64,000 nucleotides of DNA. Origin: Paraspadella gotoi. Lineage: Eukaryota; Animalia; Chaetognatha. The position numbers and the translations under genes are program-made. The stretch spans positions 1,320,581 through 1,384,580 of the forward strand of contig JBJCIZ010000239.1 of the NCBI GenBank assembly GCA_051294375.1, in the 5' to 3' direction. The notes below the pieces were generated by a model that ran no database searches, had not been told where the DNA came from, and worked only from the letters and a program-made list of their open reading frames with translations. Below are positions 28,709 to 41,533 of this stretch, piece by piece (position 1 is the stretch's first letter; each line of letters opens with the position of its first letter).

Positions 28709-31093
28709 CGGCAACAAGAAAAGGGATTTTTTTTTCGGAGGTTGTGGGGTCTAGATACTCGTGGGTGAGTTCGACCCACGTTTTTTGGGGGGGTTGTGGG
28801 CTCGAGTCGTGGGTTATTAAGTTATGTTTTTTTATCGGTATTTTAATTATGTTTAGATGTCTAAAATACGAATGTCAAGACACTTTTTTTCAATGGAGCT
28901 CTTCTCTCAAGTTTTTATCATCGTGTTCTTTCCGAAAAAAAAAATTTATGTTTTAACATCATTGCAAGCACAGTATACTCGGTCAGCGTAATAATCCGAT
29001 GCAAAATTTGTAATTCTGTCTGCCACCGAAGATGATATGAAAATACATATATCGAAATATTTGGCAAAAAAAAAAATTGTTTTGCTTTTGCACATCATGA
29101 AGCATTAAATTGTCATACTTTTTTAAAACATTTTTATTAAACTTTATCTTAACACAATTTACGCAGGTGTCGTTTTAACCAATTTAATAGTATTTCCTGC
29201 AACCCCAGATAATTTCTCAACCCCTCTCCCTTTTGTGTACAATATTTTACAATATATTACATTGCTACATTTAATTTTTTTTTCTCCAAATCGAGATTTT
29301 TGTGATTAAAAAATTTCCCTTCTTTGCGAAAGAAAATACAACTGGTTTTAACTTATTAACAAAAACAACAACAACAACAACAACAACAACCATGATATAA
29401 CAAAACCTTTTTTTGTTTTGTAATGTTTTATCATTCTAATTATTGGGTTTAGTGCGCTCGAATAATATTGTATTTAACTCGAATCTCCGCTACGTTTATC
29501 GAACCACTCATGACATTGTAAAAATGGTGCAAGATGATACAATAACATACCGGGTTGTGCATTGACTTGGATTAACCCTGGCGTCTTACTTTTATAGTGA
29601 TATTTTTTTATACTTTGGAGTATTGTTATTCTACAATTGTACATTAATAGTTAACGCGCTTACTTTTTTTCCTATTGGGATTTCTTTCTAGTCCTCGACT
29701 GCTATGTGAGACATTATTGTTTTTTTTAGTAAGTTTATGCTTTAATTGTTTTTTTAATTTAGTATAAAAGAAGGTATTTAATCATTTTATAAAATTACTT
29801 TGGTAAGAATATGATGAGTTGAAAAACTATATTTCCAATCATTTTAGTAAGCCTTCCGTTTCTCTGTCTCTCTCTGTCTCTCTCTGTCTCTCTCTCTATT
29901 TCGTTTTCCCCTCCCTCCCTCCCTTTTTCCCTAAACTTCAATTTTCCCTGACTCTCTCTCTATCGTATTTAGTGTCAAATGGCATTTTCTCGCAGCCAGA
30001 AATATTTCGTCTCGACCGCTTTAGTAATTAACAATTGAAATATCTTAATTCATGATTCGGCTTAAATTCTTAGTGCTTAATCTCGTTATATTTCTCGTTA
30101 AATATTTTTCTCATGATCTATTTTTTAATAAACAAACAAAACATGACTTTTTGCGTATTTCATGATAACGAATTGAAAAGTTAGACTAGCCATAGCCGAT
30201 GAAATTTAAATGCTATTGTATTCAGCTTTAAAATAATCTATCATAAGCATAGAATATAGTATTAAAATATTTGTCGTCAAAAATGTTTCTTCTAGGGTAC
30301 TAGCCTAATTAAAATTATTACTATATAGAGGGAAAAAAATTTTAGAGCATAAAAAGTTAAACAAGAAATATAATTACAGCTTTTAAAAATTCTTAGTAAA
30401 ATTCTCAGTAAAAATTTAAAATTATTGAATGAAGATGATGATAACAATTTTTTACGGTTTTTCTTATTTTTCCCCTACTTATCATACTAAATATTGTAGT
30501 TAGCCTTTCTTTTTAGTTGTTAGTATCAAATTTAATAGGAGAGTAACAAAAAGTTCGTTTTAACAACAATGCGGCTGAATATCTGAGAAATCATAAAAAA
30601 AGTTATAGAAAGTAGTAAGAAGTAAGAAATTCAGAAACTGATAGTCACCCCAAACATTTACAAATATTTAAATACATTATTTGTTTGTTTGTTTGATTGG
30701 AACTCAGTTGCCTCATCTTAAAATTTTCGACGTCTTTTCCCATGGAGCTTCAAGTCATAAAACTGTTGCCCCCCCCCCCGCCAAACAAATCTTTCCAAAC
30801 AAACGAAAGTTTTTTTAAAATTTCTGAAATTTTTGAAAGTGAATTAATCTGATAACTTCCTTACATCAAAACAGTCAGGTTATTCCAAATTCATGACTTT
30901 CTCTCACAATCATTTTCTATCCAACAGTGACTTCTAGCAAATTGTGATAAATTATATTCCGATAAAAGCATAATTGACGTCAAAAAAAAAAAAAAAAAAG
31001 CAGAGCCCGAAAAAAAAAACATTTCTCAGAAAATTTTTTCCGCCAGGTGCGACGAAGCGATTCCGAGAAAGAAAAAAAACAAATGCACCAAAA

Positions 31094-31162
<69 letters not shown>

Positions 31163-32561
31163 AAAGAATCTAATGTAGCGGAAAGAGAAAGAAGAGAATT
31201 AAAAAGAATCGTCGACTCAAGAGGGAGGGGGGAGCGAGGGGGGGGGAAGGGGGGGAGGCGGAGCTAGGGGGGGGAAGGGGGGGAGCGGGGGGGGAAGCTT
31301 TTGCGACGATTCATTGCCACATAATTTGCCGCAACTTTTGACGCATGGTTTCGGCGAAACGTTTTTTTTTTTTTTTGTTTTTGTTTTTGTTTTTGTTTTT
31401 TTTTTTTGCAGCATTATTTGCTACCTCATCTGTTTGCCGCATAGGTTTTTAGTCTCTTGGTTTGCCGCATTTATCACTAGGTTTGAACAGAAAATGTTTC
31501 GTGCTTAACTTGGCAAAATGTCTGCGTCTAACTGTGGTTGGAAAGTAGCAACTCTCTAATCTTTATTTAAATAGTTTTTAAAAAAAGTGAATGAAATATG
31601 AATAAAATATTTTAAAAAAACTCGTTCGAAGCTAAAAGTGAAAAAAAAACCCTAATTGGTGACCAATCAAGACTAATTATAAATAATCGCTAATTATTAA
31701 TCAGTTAGAAAAACGAAATAATTGACGTTGCTCGGCTACCGACGTCAAATTAACTGTAATTATAGTTGTTATAAGTTCAGATTTTGATTTATTGATTCAT
31801 ACTTGTGAACTTAGGCTATAAAATTTGTTCAACCAATATATTGTTTTATAAAAAAAGCCATCTTGCCCCTGACTTTGGACAGGCGACGTTGCGGTTGAGG
31901 CCCAATGAGACACAATGTAAAAGGAAAACTATGTCAAAAAGAGAACAAACAATCTTTAAGTAATAAAATTTTAAAATATTATTATTAATTAATTAGTTAA
32001 AATATTACTATGACTCATGTTAATCATTAACACTGCTAAAGACTATATTTAGCTACTAGAAAACCATGAAACAAAACTAATATCAAAATCCAAAATGAAA
32101 TTAGACACATTTAGATTTAATACTGCAATATGTAAATGAGATTGAGAGATTCAATCTCATTTAAGATCATATTAAATAATCATCCCTTACATGAGAACAA
32201 CATAAAGAACGACGACGACCAGTCTTCTGGACTCGGAGTCGAAGTCAGACTTTCAAATGGACGACAGAAACGAATATTAAAGGCTCGGAATTGGTTGAGG
32301 CTTCCCTGCCTCTTGCTTCATATATATAATTTTTATATCGGTTGTATTAATTTAAAACGTACCAATTTAATTCGTGACCGTTTCGAAATTTATATATTCT
32401 GAAAATTCTTCACTTTAATTTCCAAGATAAATATCAATATTAATGTCAAATCATTGGCGAAAATTTAGATTCCTAAATTTACAACCGGGCGGTTGACAAA
32501 CGTCATTCCTGGTCATTTTTTATGTCCGTAACTTGAAATGGAAGCTTAGCTGTTGACCAAG

Positions 32562-32609
<48 letters not shown>

Positions 32610-33489
32610 GTCTCTGTCTCCTCGGCGGATGAATTATTCAGAAGAAGGAGTTGACAACTTTTCTCTTTCTCCTCGTTCCAGCGACAGGAGAAACTTATTT
32701 TTTTTCCACAGGACTATTGAGAATATTTTAAAATATCTTAAAATCATTTAAAACTATTTTACAAACGTTTCCGGTCCTTTGGTCTACACAAAATTAATCT
32801 TAAAATTAATAAAGTAAAATAAAAAAAGTAAAAAAAAGGCAAAAAAAATTGTTAGAATTAAAAAATTATGCAGCAATCACAATTTGTAAACAATTTCCTT
32901 TCGTTTGAGTCCATAATCTATATTTTATCTTTAATAGTTTATTTGTAATCAATTTTTCTTTATTAAAATATTATTTTAATTCTTTTTTAAAATAATTTGA
33001 ATTAAAAAAAATTATAACTATGCCAAATGATTGAAGAAAAGTTTTATATTATAAGGGATTTACCTACCTAATATTGGCCTTTATATACATATATAGTAAG
33101 TTTTTTATGATTATGTTTTGTCATAAAAAATAAATAATTCATAAAATTAAATATATGAAAAAAATTATAACTTTGAATTATTTTTTAGCATAATAAACAT
33201 GATTTTTAATTAATTGTTTATGATGTTTTTAATAGCTATTTCTCTGTTGTATCCTTCTCAATTATAATAATTTTATAACTTTTTTATTTTTAGTAATACT
33301 GATTGCTATATTTACTTACTTTTGATAAAATAAAACAAGTTTGAGCAAACAATGTCAGATCTTCCCCCGATCATTAGCGGTAATTAATCAATTTATTAAT
33401 TAATTAAATAAAAAAAATAAATAATTAATTTCCTAATTAAATAATTAATTATTTTGAACCAAAATACTTGTTTTTAGATATTTTCGTCA

Positions 33490-34864
33490 CTGATCACGAC
33501 AAAAGCAACGATGACGATGGCGGGACGACAATAATGCCGATAACGATTGACTTACTTGATTGATTGTGATTGATTGATAGATTAAATAATTAATTAATTG
33601 ATAAATAAATTTATTGATTGAATAATTAATTAGTAGATGAATAGATTGATTTATTGAATAATATATTGATTGATTAATTGACTGAATTATTTAATGATTG
33701 ATTAACTAATTGATTAATTTACTGATTAATTATTTGATTAATTAATCCTTCTTGCATTTACATTTAATATTAAAGAAAAAAGAAAGCATAATCAATTAGT
33801 GAAACAGTTGTTTTGTTTTTTTCCATTTAATTTTAAACTCATTTCCACTCAAACGATTCCATCGAAACTAAATTTCCAGCCTTATGACACACTTTCCTAC
33901 CCATATAACTACAACTAAAAATTACTGATATTAAAATTCTGTATGAAACAGACAAAACTTTTATACTCACATGCTATTTAATATTTTCATATGATATATT
34001 ATTACCTGTTGACAAAATCTAAAACGGGAATTACATTTTTTTTAATTTCCAAGTAATGTTGTTTGGTGAAAATTGTAAGAACCAAGTATTTGAAGAGCAA
34101 ATCTATATGTCACTTTTTGGTTGGTTATTCGGTCCGTCCGAAGGTAGGTCCGTCTGTCTGTTGCTCTAACTTAATTTTAAATGCTCCTTACTTTAAAATT
34201 ACTGCATAAAGAGTTTATAGTTGGTAGAAAGTTGATATTTGATACTTGCATTCTTACCTGATTTTTCATCATGCATCAAGATAATTACAAATTGAAAATA
34301 AATAGTACCAATAGTTTAAAAAATTATGGAGGAATCTAAAGGAAGGAATGAGAGGAGAAAAGATGAGAAGGTGAGAAAAGGAAAAATGAAACTGGGAAAC
34401 AGATAAAGTGAGGTAAAGGAGAGAAAAGAAATTGACGGAAGATGTGAGAAAGAATAGAATAGAAATTATACGTAAAATAAAAGCAAGAAACAAGATGAAG
34501 TTATCTCCCTCTTATCGATTCGAGAACGAAAGATAAAAGATGGAGAAAAGAGAGTAAAGAGAAAAAGTAGAGGGATCCTCGAGTGGGCGTGGCACCGACG
34601 ACCGCAGCGCCGCGGGGAGGAGGGAAAACAAGACGAAAACAAAAGATTGATCTCGAGAGTGGAGAGAGAAAGGAGGGAGGAGAAAGAAAGAAAGAAAGAG
34701 AGAAAGAAAGACAGACAGACAAACTGACAGATGGTGTTTTTAGTCGGATCTGCTCTACAATTAACTTTGTCGGTCCCTCGGTCCGCCCCCTCAACCTTGT
34801 CGGGCATTCACATATATCATGTCAGAATATGATAAGTTATGCAAAAAAAAAACTATGTCCGTCC

Positions 34865-34900
<36 letters not shown>

Positions 34901-35510
34901 GTCTGTCTGTCTGTCTGTCCGTCTGTCTGTCTGTCCGTCCGTCCCACCTTAGCAAGAAAATCTAATTACTCGTGATTGGATGGATGGATTGGAATAAACT
35001 TTTGTGTGTGGGTAGGGAAGTGTGTGATTTAGCTGGATATGAAGTTTCGATGGAATCGTGCGAGTGGAAATGAGTTTAAATGGAAAAATAAAAAAAATGT
35101 ATTTCGCTATTTGAACGCCAATAACTCATGAGTGAATGGGACGATTGACTTGAAATTTTGTATGTGGGTAGGAAAGAGTGTGATTAAACTGGAATTCGAT
35201 GGAATTCCAATTCGGTGGAAATGAGTTTAAATGAAGAAAACACAAAACCTGTTTTACTTATTGATTATGCTTCTTTTTATTTTTATATTAAATGTAAATG
35301 CAAGACGTATTAATTAATCAAATAATTAATTAGTTACTTAATCAATTAATTTATTAATTAATCCATAATTAATTAATCAGTCAATTAATCAATCAATAAT
35401 CATCAAATCAATCAATTATTTATCTATTAATTAATTATTTAATCAATCAATCAATCCAGTCAATCGTTATTTGCTTTATTATCGTCGTCGCCATCATCGT
35501 CGCGGTAAGT
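33490..35510. repeat. Long imperfect inverted repeat pair (~33490-33900 vs ~35160-35510) of a dispersed AT-rich element
   Basis: CTTGCATTTACATTTAATAT...AGCATAATCAAT...TTTAAACTCATTTCCAC and GATGGCG..ACGAC.ATAA..ATAACGATTGAC recur as reverse complements; (CTGT)n lies between the arms. Confidence 0.6.
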
Positions 35511-35756
35511 GATTAATTAATTAATTAATTGATCGTGCGAGTAGAAATAAGTTTAAATGAAAAAACAAAATTATATTTACTTAAAGCATTTTTAATTATA
35601 TTTACTAATAATTATTATGTTTATTAAAACTTGGATAGATGAATTGAAATGAAATTTTATGTGATTAAGCTGGATAAAAGTTTTTGATGGAATCGTAGGA
35701 GTGGAAAAGAGATTAAAACAGAAAATCAATTTTAAAAATTTCTCTATAACCTTCTC

Positions 35757-35844
<88 letters not shown>

Positions 35845-35847
<3 letters not shown>

Positions 35848-36010
35848 CCAAATTACATCAGTTGACTATATTATACCAATTGACCAAATTATGCCTGTTG
35901 ACCAAATTATACCAGATGACCAAATTATGTCAATTGACCAAATTATGCCAGTTGATTTAATTATGCAAGTTGATTAAATTATGAAAGTTGACCAAATTAT
36001 GCAAGTTGGG
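35845..36010. repeat. 18-bp minisatellite (TTGACCAAATTATGCCAG)n following (GATT)n
   Basis: About 9 imperfect tandem units read directly. Confidence 0.85.
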
Positions 36011-36483
36011 TTTGGCATAGCTACTGGTAATGATTGATAGATCAATTGATTTATAGATTTTTTCATAGATTTATTAAGTCTGTTATGATTTGTTATAATC
36101 ACAAATTAAGAGGCAGAAAAATTACAATGATTTATCATCGGATTAGCTTATTACCGCTTAATTATCGTAGGCAGATCCGACATTGTTTGATCAAACTTGT
36201 TCTTTTTATGTGTGGTTTGAATGAATCTAGACCAAAAACAAAACAAAAGTCCCGCTCTAGTGGTAAAAATATTATTTGTAAATTTAGGTAAACAAAAAGG
36301 CGATCAATGTATGAGAAAAGAAAATCGTAAAGTTAAAGACTAAAGGAGATCTTGAAATTCACTTACCTTATATGATGACGATGACGTAAAAAAAGGGAAA
36401 AAATGCAAATATTAGAATTATCAACTAATCTCGTTACAAGTAAATGATTTGATAAGTGTAAAGGGAAAACCCCTCTCTCTTTT

Positions 36484-36549
<66 letters not shown>

Positions 36550-37604
36550 ACACACCCCTCGTCAATTGCCGTCGTAAAACTCGTAAAGGAAAAAGGCATT
36601 AATACTCGTTTCTGTGCTGTCAACTAAAGCGTAGTAAAATTCTAAATTTAACTTAAATTAAAATTCTAAAAGCGAGGAACGAACAACGTTATACTAATGA
36701 ACATTTGTGTATAAGATTATAATCATTAATAAAAACACCATCAGTGTTTTTAACTTGGGTAGCCCCCCCCTGCCTTCTATCAGTTCAGTTCATGGAAGAC
36801 GGGGTGCCAAGCATCAATTTTTACATAGGCCCCCCAGTCCTCGTTGAGTCCCTCTACTGGGCCGCTGCTGTGCCGTCTGATTTCCGTGGTTATCATTAAC
36901 CATCTCACAGTCAGAAAGGAGAGTCAGCAATTCCTCGGTCCTTATACATAAGATATAATTGTGAAATCCCCGCCCATAGAAAACAATTCAAACAAAAGAA
37001 CACAAGGTCAAAGAGACGAAGACGACGACGAAAAGAAATCTCAGGATGTTAAATAGTTGATAAATAATTAATTTTCGAAATTAATATTCGGTTTTATATG
37101 GACGTTACTAGCTTTAATTCTCAAACTCGTCCTCTCTTCTATGATTTCATTGGTTATTATTTGGTTCTTAATTCTGATTGGACGAGACCTTTCTGATCCA
37201 ATTATTGGTAGTATTCTCAAAAGTCGAAAGTCGTTTTTAATTGGTCTATTTAAATTTTAAAGAAGTATAAAAGGGCAAGTAAACTTTAAACTTTTAGGAG
37301 ATTGCCCAGGAAACATTAGGTAACATGATGAAATATTTGTAACTTTTTAGAAATGAATTCTATTCATTGAAATTATTATTTTTGTACAGCTTTGAGCTCT
37401 CTCTGGCTCTCTATTTCTCAGTAGCTCACTCTTGTTGCTCTGCTCTGATTATTTTATTATTAAAATCTCGTGATTTGGATTGATTCTTATTTTTGAGAGT
37501 GAAATGGCTTCGCCCAGTGAAATCTACAAGGTATAAATTAGGTTAGAGCTAAGTGCTCAAACAATTTTTTTTAATACAATCTCCCACACAGGATAAAAAC
37601 GAAG

Positions 37605-37676
37605 TCCTCGGTAGCATAATGTTCAGTATTCTCGCCTATCACGCGATATATCGGGTTTCTATTCCCCGCCCGGTCG
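37605..37676 (+). pseudogene. tRNA-Asp pseudogene (anticodon position reads ATC)
   Basis: TCCTCGGTAGCATAATGTTCAGTATTCTCGCCTATCACGCGATATATCGGGTTTCTATTCCCCGCCCGGTCG is collinear with metazoan tRNA-Asp(GTC). The D-loop GG, T-loop TTCGA and acceptor stem are damaged. A T5 run follows. Confidence 0.75.
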
Positions 37677-39253
37677 CGTTCTTTTTAAGAAACTGGTCCT
37701 GATTCGATTTCAATCTGATCTGGTAAAAAAAAATTAGTTTACTTACTCCCTTGTGCGTGTTTTGATGACATGCCCAGAAAACAAATTTGTATCAACACTT
37801 TATGAACTGATGTTTTGTTTGTTACTGAAGCTAAACCCTGATACGAATAAAAGTACTATATAAATTAAAAAAGATTTAAAAAAATATTTTTTTCTGCAGC
37901 TTGGAAACGCTTTTTCCAATGGTCGCTTTTTTGAGAATAAAGATACCGGTTTTTAAAAACTAGAATCGGATGACAAAACTTGAGCCGGATTAAGACATTT
38001 TTTGGTGCAGTATTTAATTGTTGCCGATATTTCGATTTAATTTGATATCGGCAACAATTAAATACTGCACTTGTAAATCCCACAAAAGTCTTAATTCAAT
38101 GTACCTCGCCTGTGCATATGATGTCCCTTCGAAATTAAAAACTTGAACACGATTTTCTTTCAAATGTTTCTAATGTTTTCGTCTCATCGAAGTTGGCACG
38201 CAAAGACATTTTCGATGTATTTTTTCCCCCTTGTAATTACAGACCACATCGCATAAAGCAAACCTTTTGTGTTAATAATTTATTTTTTTTGGAAATTACT
38301 AAATGAACAGCGAGGTAGGTTTATCAACGATTGGTTCGATGACCGGGGGGAAGATTCGTTAAGCGAATAGAGAGGGATGTGTGTTACCGACCTGTCTGGC
38401 TCTGTCTCTGTCTCTCTCTCTCTCTCTTCCTTACTCCGCTCTTACTTGTACATACTGGTTTAGATATTTCAAACGACCCACCTTCCTTGGCACTGAAGCC
38501 CGCTGCTGTCCTACTTGTTAATGTTTTATTCCACTGTATACGAGAGCGTAGTGAAAGTTACCTACGAAAATTCTAAATGTCAATTATGAACATATACCAT
38601 CAGTGAACATTAATTTGTAAAAAAAAGTTAATTTTATGGGTTTTTTTTCATTTTTGCAGTAGGCTATATTTAGATATATTACTCTCCTTATAAAATAGAA
38701 AAAATTCAAAAAGGGCTTTTCTTAATTTTTATTGCAGATTTGAATTTCTCGTCAAAAGTTGAAAAAAGAAAATATAAATCATTTTTAAAAATTCTTTAAT
38801 TAAGTGGGTTAAAAATTTTAAAAAACTATATATATTTAATATATATAATTTTAATTTTCAGCTTAAAATATAGGTTTTTTTGATATTTGACCAACTTAAT
38901 GAAATATTTTTTTAAAAGAGTTATATTTCTTTATATCAACTTTTCATGTCAAATCCAAATCTCCAAAAAAATATTACGAAAAACTATTTTGAAATTTTAC
39001 CATTTATTGGATTAGTACTATGTATAAATATGGCCTACTACGGAAATTGTATTTGATCAACGGCGTCAAATTAGATTCCGGTCTGGCGAGATCGCTACTC
39101 TTTTAAGATTTTTTTTTGGCATAGGTCTGTACTTGTTTATTTTTTATTATTATTATTTTTTCGATTCATTAAAAGTTTATTAGTTATTTAATATTTGATT
39201 TTAATATTTTTATCTGTGGCATTAATTTCAGACTCCATCAATCCTAATCAGTC

Positions 39254-41500
39254 ATGATGATAGCCCGGTGCATACGCGGAGTCAATCTTCGCCTTCCGAT
39301 CCTAGTCGTCGTCATGGTCGTCGTCGTCGTCTTCATCGTCGTCGCATTAAACGATTTTCTACAAAACTGCGGACATCAACGACAAAAACAACCACAACCA
39401 AAACAACCACAACAAAAACAACCGCAACAACGGCCACGCCCACTTCCGTCGGCCGCCCACGAGCTCGCCAGATGGCGCGTCGAGTTCGCCGCGCTGGAGA
39501 CGGAGCGATTCCTCGGAGCGCGACTCGGGGAAGTGCGCCGAAGTCTGTCGTCGACGGCGAAGGCGAAGAACGTGAAGGAGATGCAGAAGAAGGTCGAGGA
39601 GACGTCGAAGCGTTTGGAAGAGATTCGGCTGGAAAGCAGGTGGGCGTGGCTCAGAATGGGGGCGTGGCTAGGATTAATTGGCTGGAAAGGGTAAAAGCGA
39701 GGCGCGACTTCGTCAGAGGACTTAGCCAATAGTCGTGGTAGTAAAGCTGTGTAGATTTTATTTACATGCAAGTACATAGTTTATTATGTGGTAGTTCAAA
39801 ACTAGTTTCTTCGTAATTCTTTCTTCAAAAATTCCGTCCTCCACTTTAAAGATACTGTAAGACGTATTTAGCTAAACTCTCAAATAAGCTCCTAACCCAA
39901 AAGTGATGAAATTTATTTTTAATTCTTCATTTCATATGTTTTTAATCAAGGTTACTTACTAATTGTCATTGATTTTAATATTGGTTTTAGCCCGTCTTGG
40001 CTAGATTTTGATTCGACTCAGGTTTAAACTAAGTCTTCAATATGTGAAGAAGATTCCTTGGGGGGGGTTTCTCAGTTTCAGATGAGAACATTGTTTGAGC
40101 AGTGCTTAATCTCGACTTAATATTAACTCAATTCATATATCAAAAGATAAAATAGAATGACTTTATTAAGTTTTCAATATCCAATAATCATTGAAAGACG
40201 TGCATCAGAATGACAGAGAGCCAATACGCAGCAACAATAGCAGTAGAACCGAGATGCAGCAACAGTAGCAGCAGAGCTGAAACGCAGCAACAGTAGCAGC
40301 AGAGCCGAAACGCAGCAACAGAGCCGAGACGCAGCAACAGCTCAACAGCTCAAGCTACATAAAAGCTTAAAATTAATTACCATATTCAAATAATTTCACA
40401 AATATCATTTAATACCTGATGGTCTCAGAGGAATCTCCCAAAAACTGAATTTACTCTTCTTTTATATACAAGGACAACATTATAACAACCAATGAGAGAA
40501 TAGTTCACATTTGAATAGAATAAATAAAGATCTACTAGTTATTATTATCCAATGAGAGACCAGATATTCAAATTCAAGGTATAAAATTCAACCAATTAGA
40601 GACTTTAAACAGAACTATTGGAGTCATTCATTAAACTTTAAACTCAGATATTTGAACCATTAAAAAATAAAAGGTCAGGGCTCAATTCAGATAAAAATCT
40701 TTATAAACTCTTTAACAATATGTATATAGCAGTGAGCTTTGCCTAAAATAAAAAAATAAGAACATAATTGAACACTATATTATAGATCACTATTTTATTA
40801 TGTTTAAACCTTATTGAACACAATTTAACACTATTAATGAAACTGTTAAGGATGTCAATTTTATTGATGAGCTTGATAAAGAGAAATGGACTCTAACAAA
40901 AAAAGTGCATCCCGATAACCATTTTTTTTTAAATTACATTATTTATTGTATTGTTAATTTAACATTATTAATATTACATAAAATACATAATGGTTATTAT
41001 ATTATAAGTGGTGAGCTAAGAAAAAGCATAGTGGTTCAGACCGACCCTGAAATCCTTTTTTTTTTATTTAATACCAAAAACAGTAACAGTAACAGTGTAA
41101 AAGACTGGAAAACAAGTAAAAACTAAACTACATATTGAAATTCAATAATAACAAAAGACACTAACATTTAAAATGGAATCATTAATAAATGTTATGAACT
41201 AATTCATAAGAAACTATAAAAAATAACGTTCAAGAACGTTCAAGGATCCAATGTAAAAATCATAAAACCAGAAAAACGAAAAAACGAAAAAACAAAAAAA
41301 TGTCAAGTATAAAAAGGAAGCAACATTAATAAAATGTTAAAAAATAATATGTAAAAACAAAAAAACATAAAAAGAAAAAGAAAAACAAAAAATATAAAAG
41401 CAAAAACAAAAATAAATAACCATAACCAAAACTGAATAATGGTTAAACTTCTGAACAAATAAAGTGTCCAAGTATTTTCTTTCTTTCTCTATCACTTTCT

Positions 41501-41533
<33 letters not shown>

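Noticed and set aside
35845-36010. Regularly spaced repeats resembling a CRISPR array
   Set aside because: Head-to-tail 18-mers without unique spacers in a eukaryotic context; a minisatellite
37605-37676. Functional tRNA-Asp with the rare ATC anticodon
   Set aside because: Broken acceptor stem, D-loop and B box indicate a decayed copy
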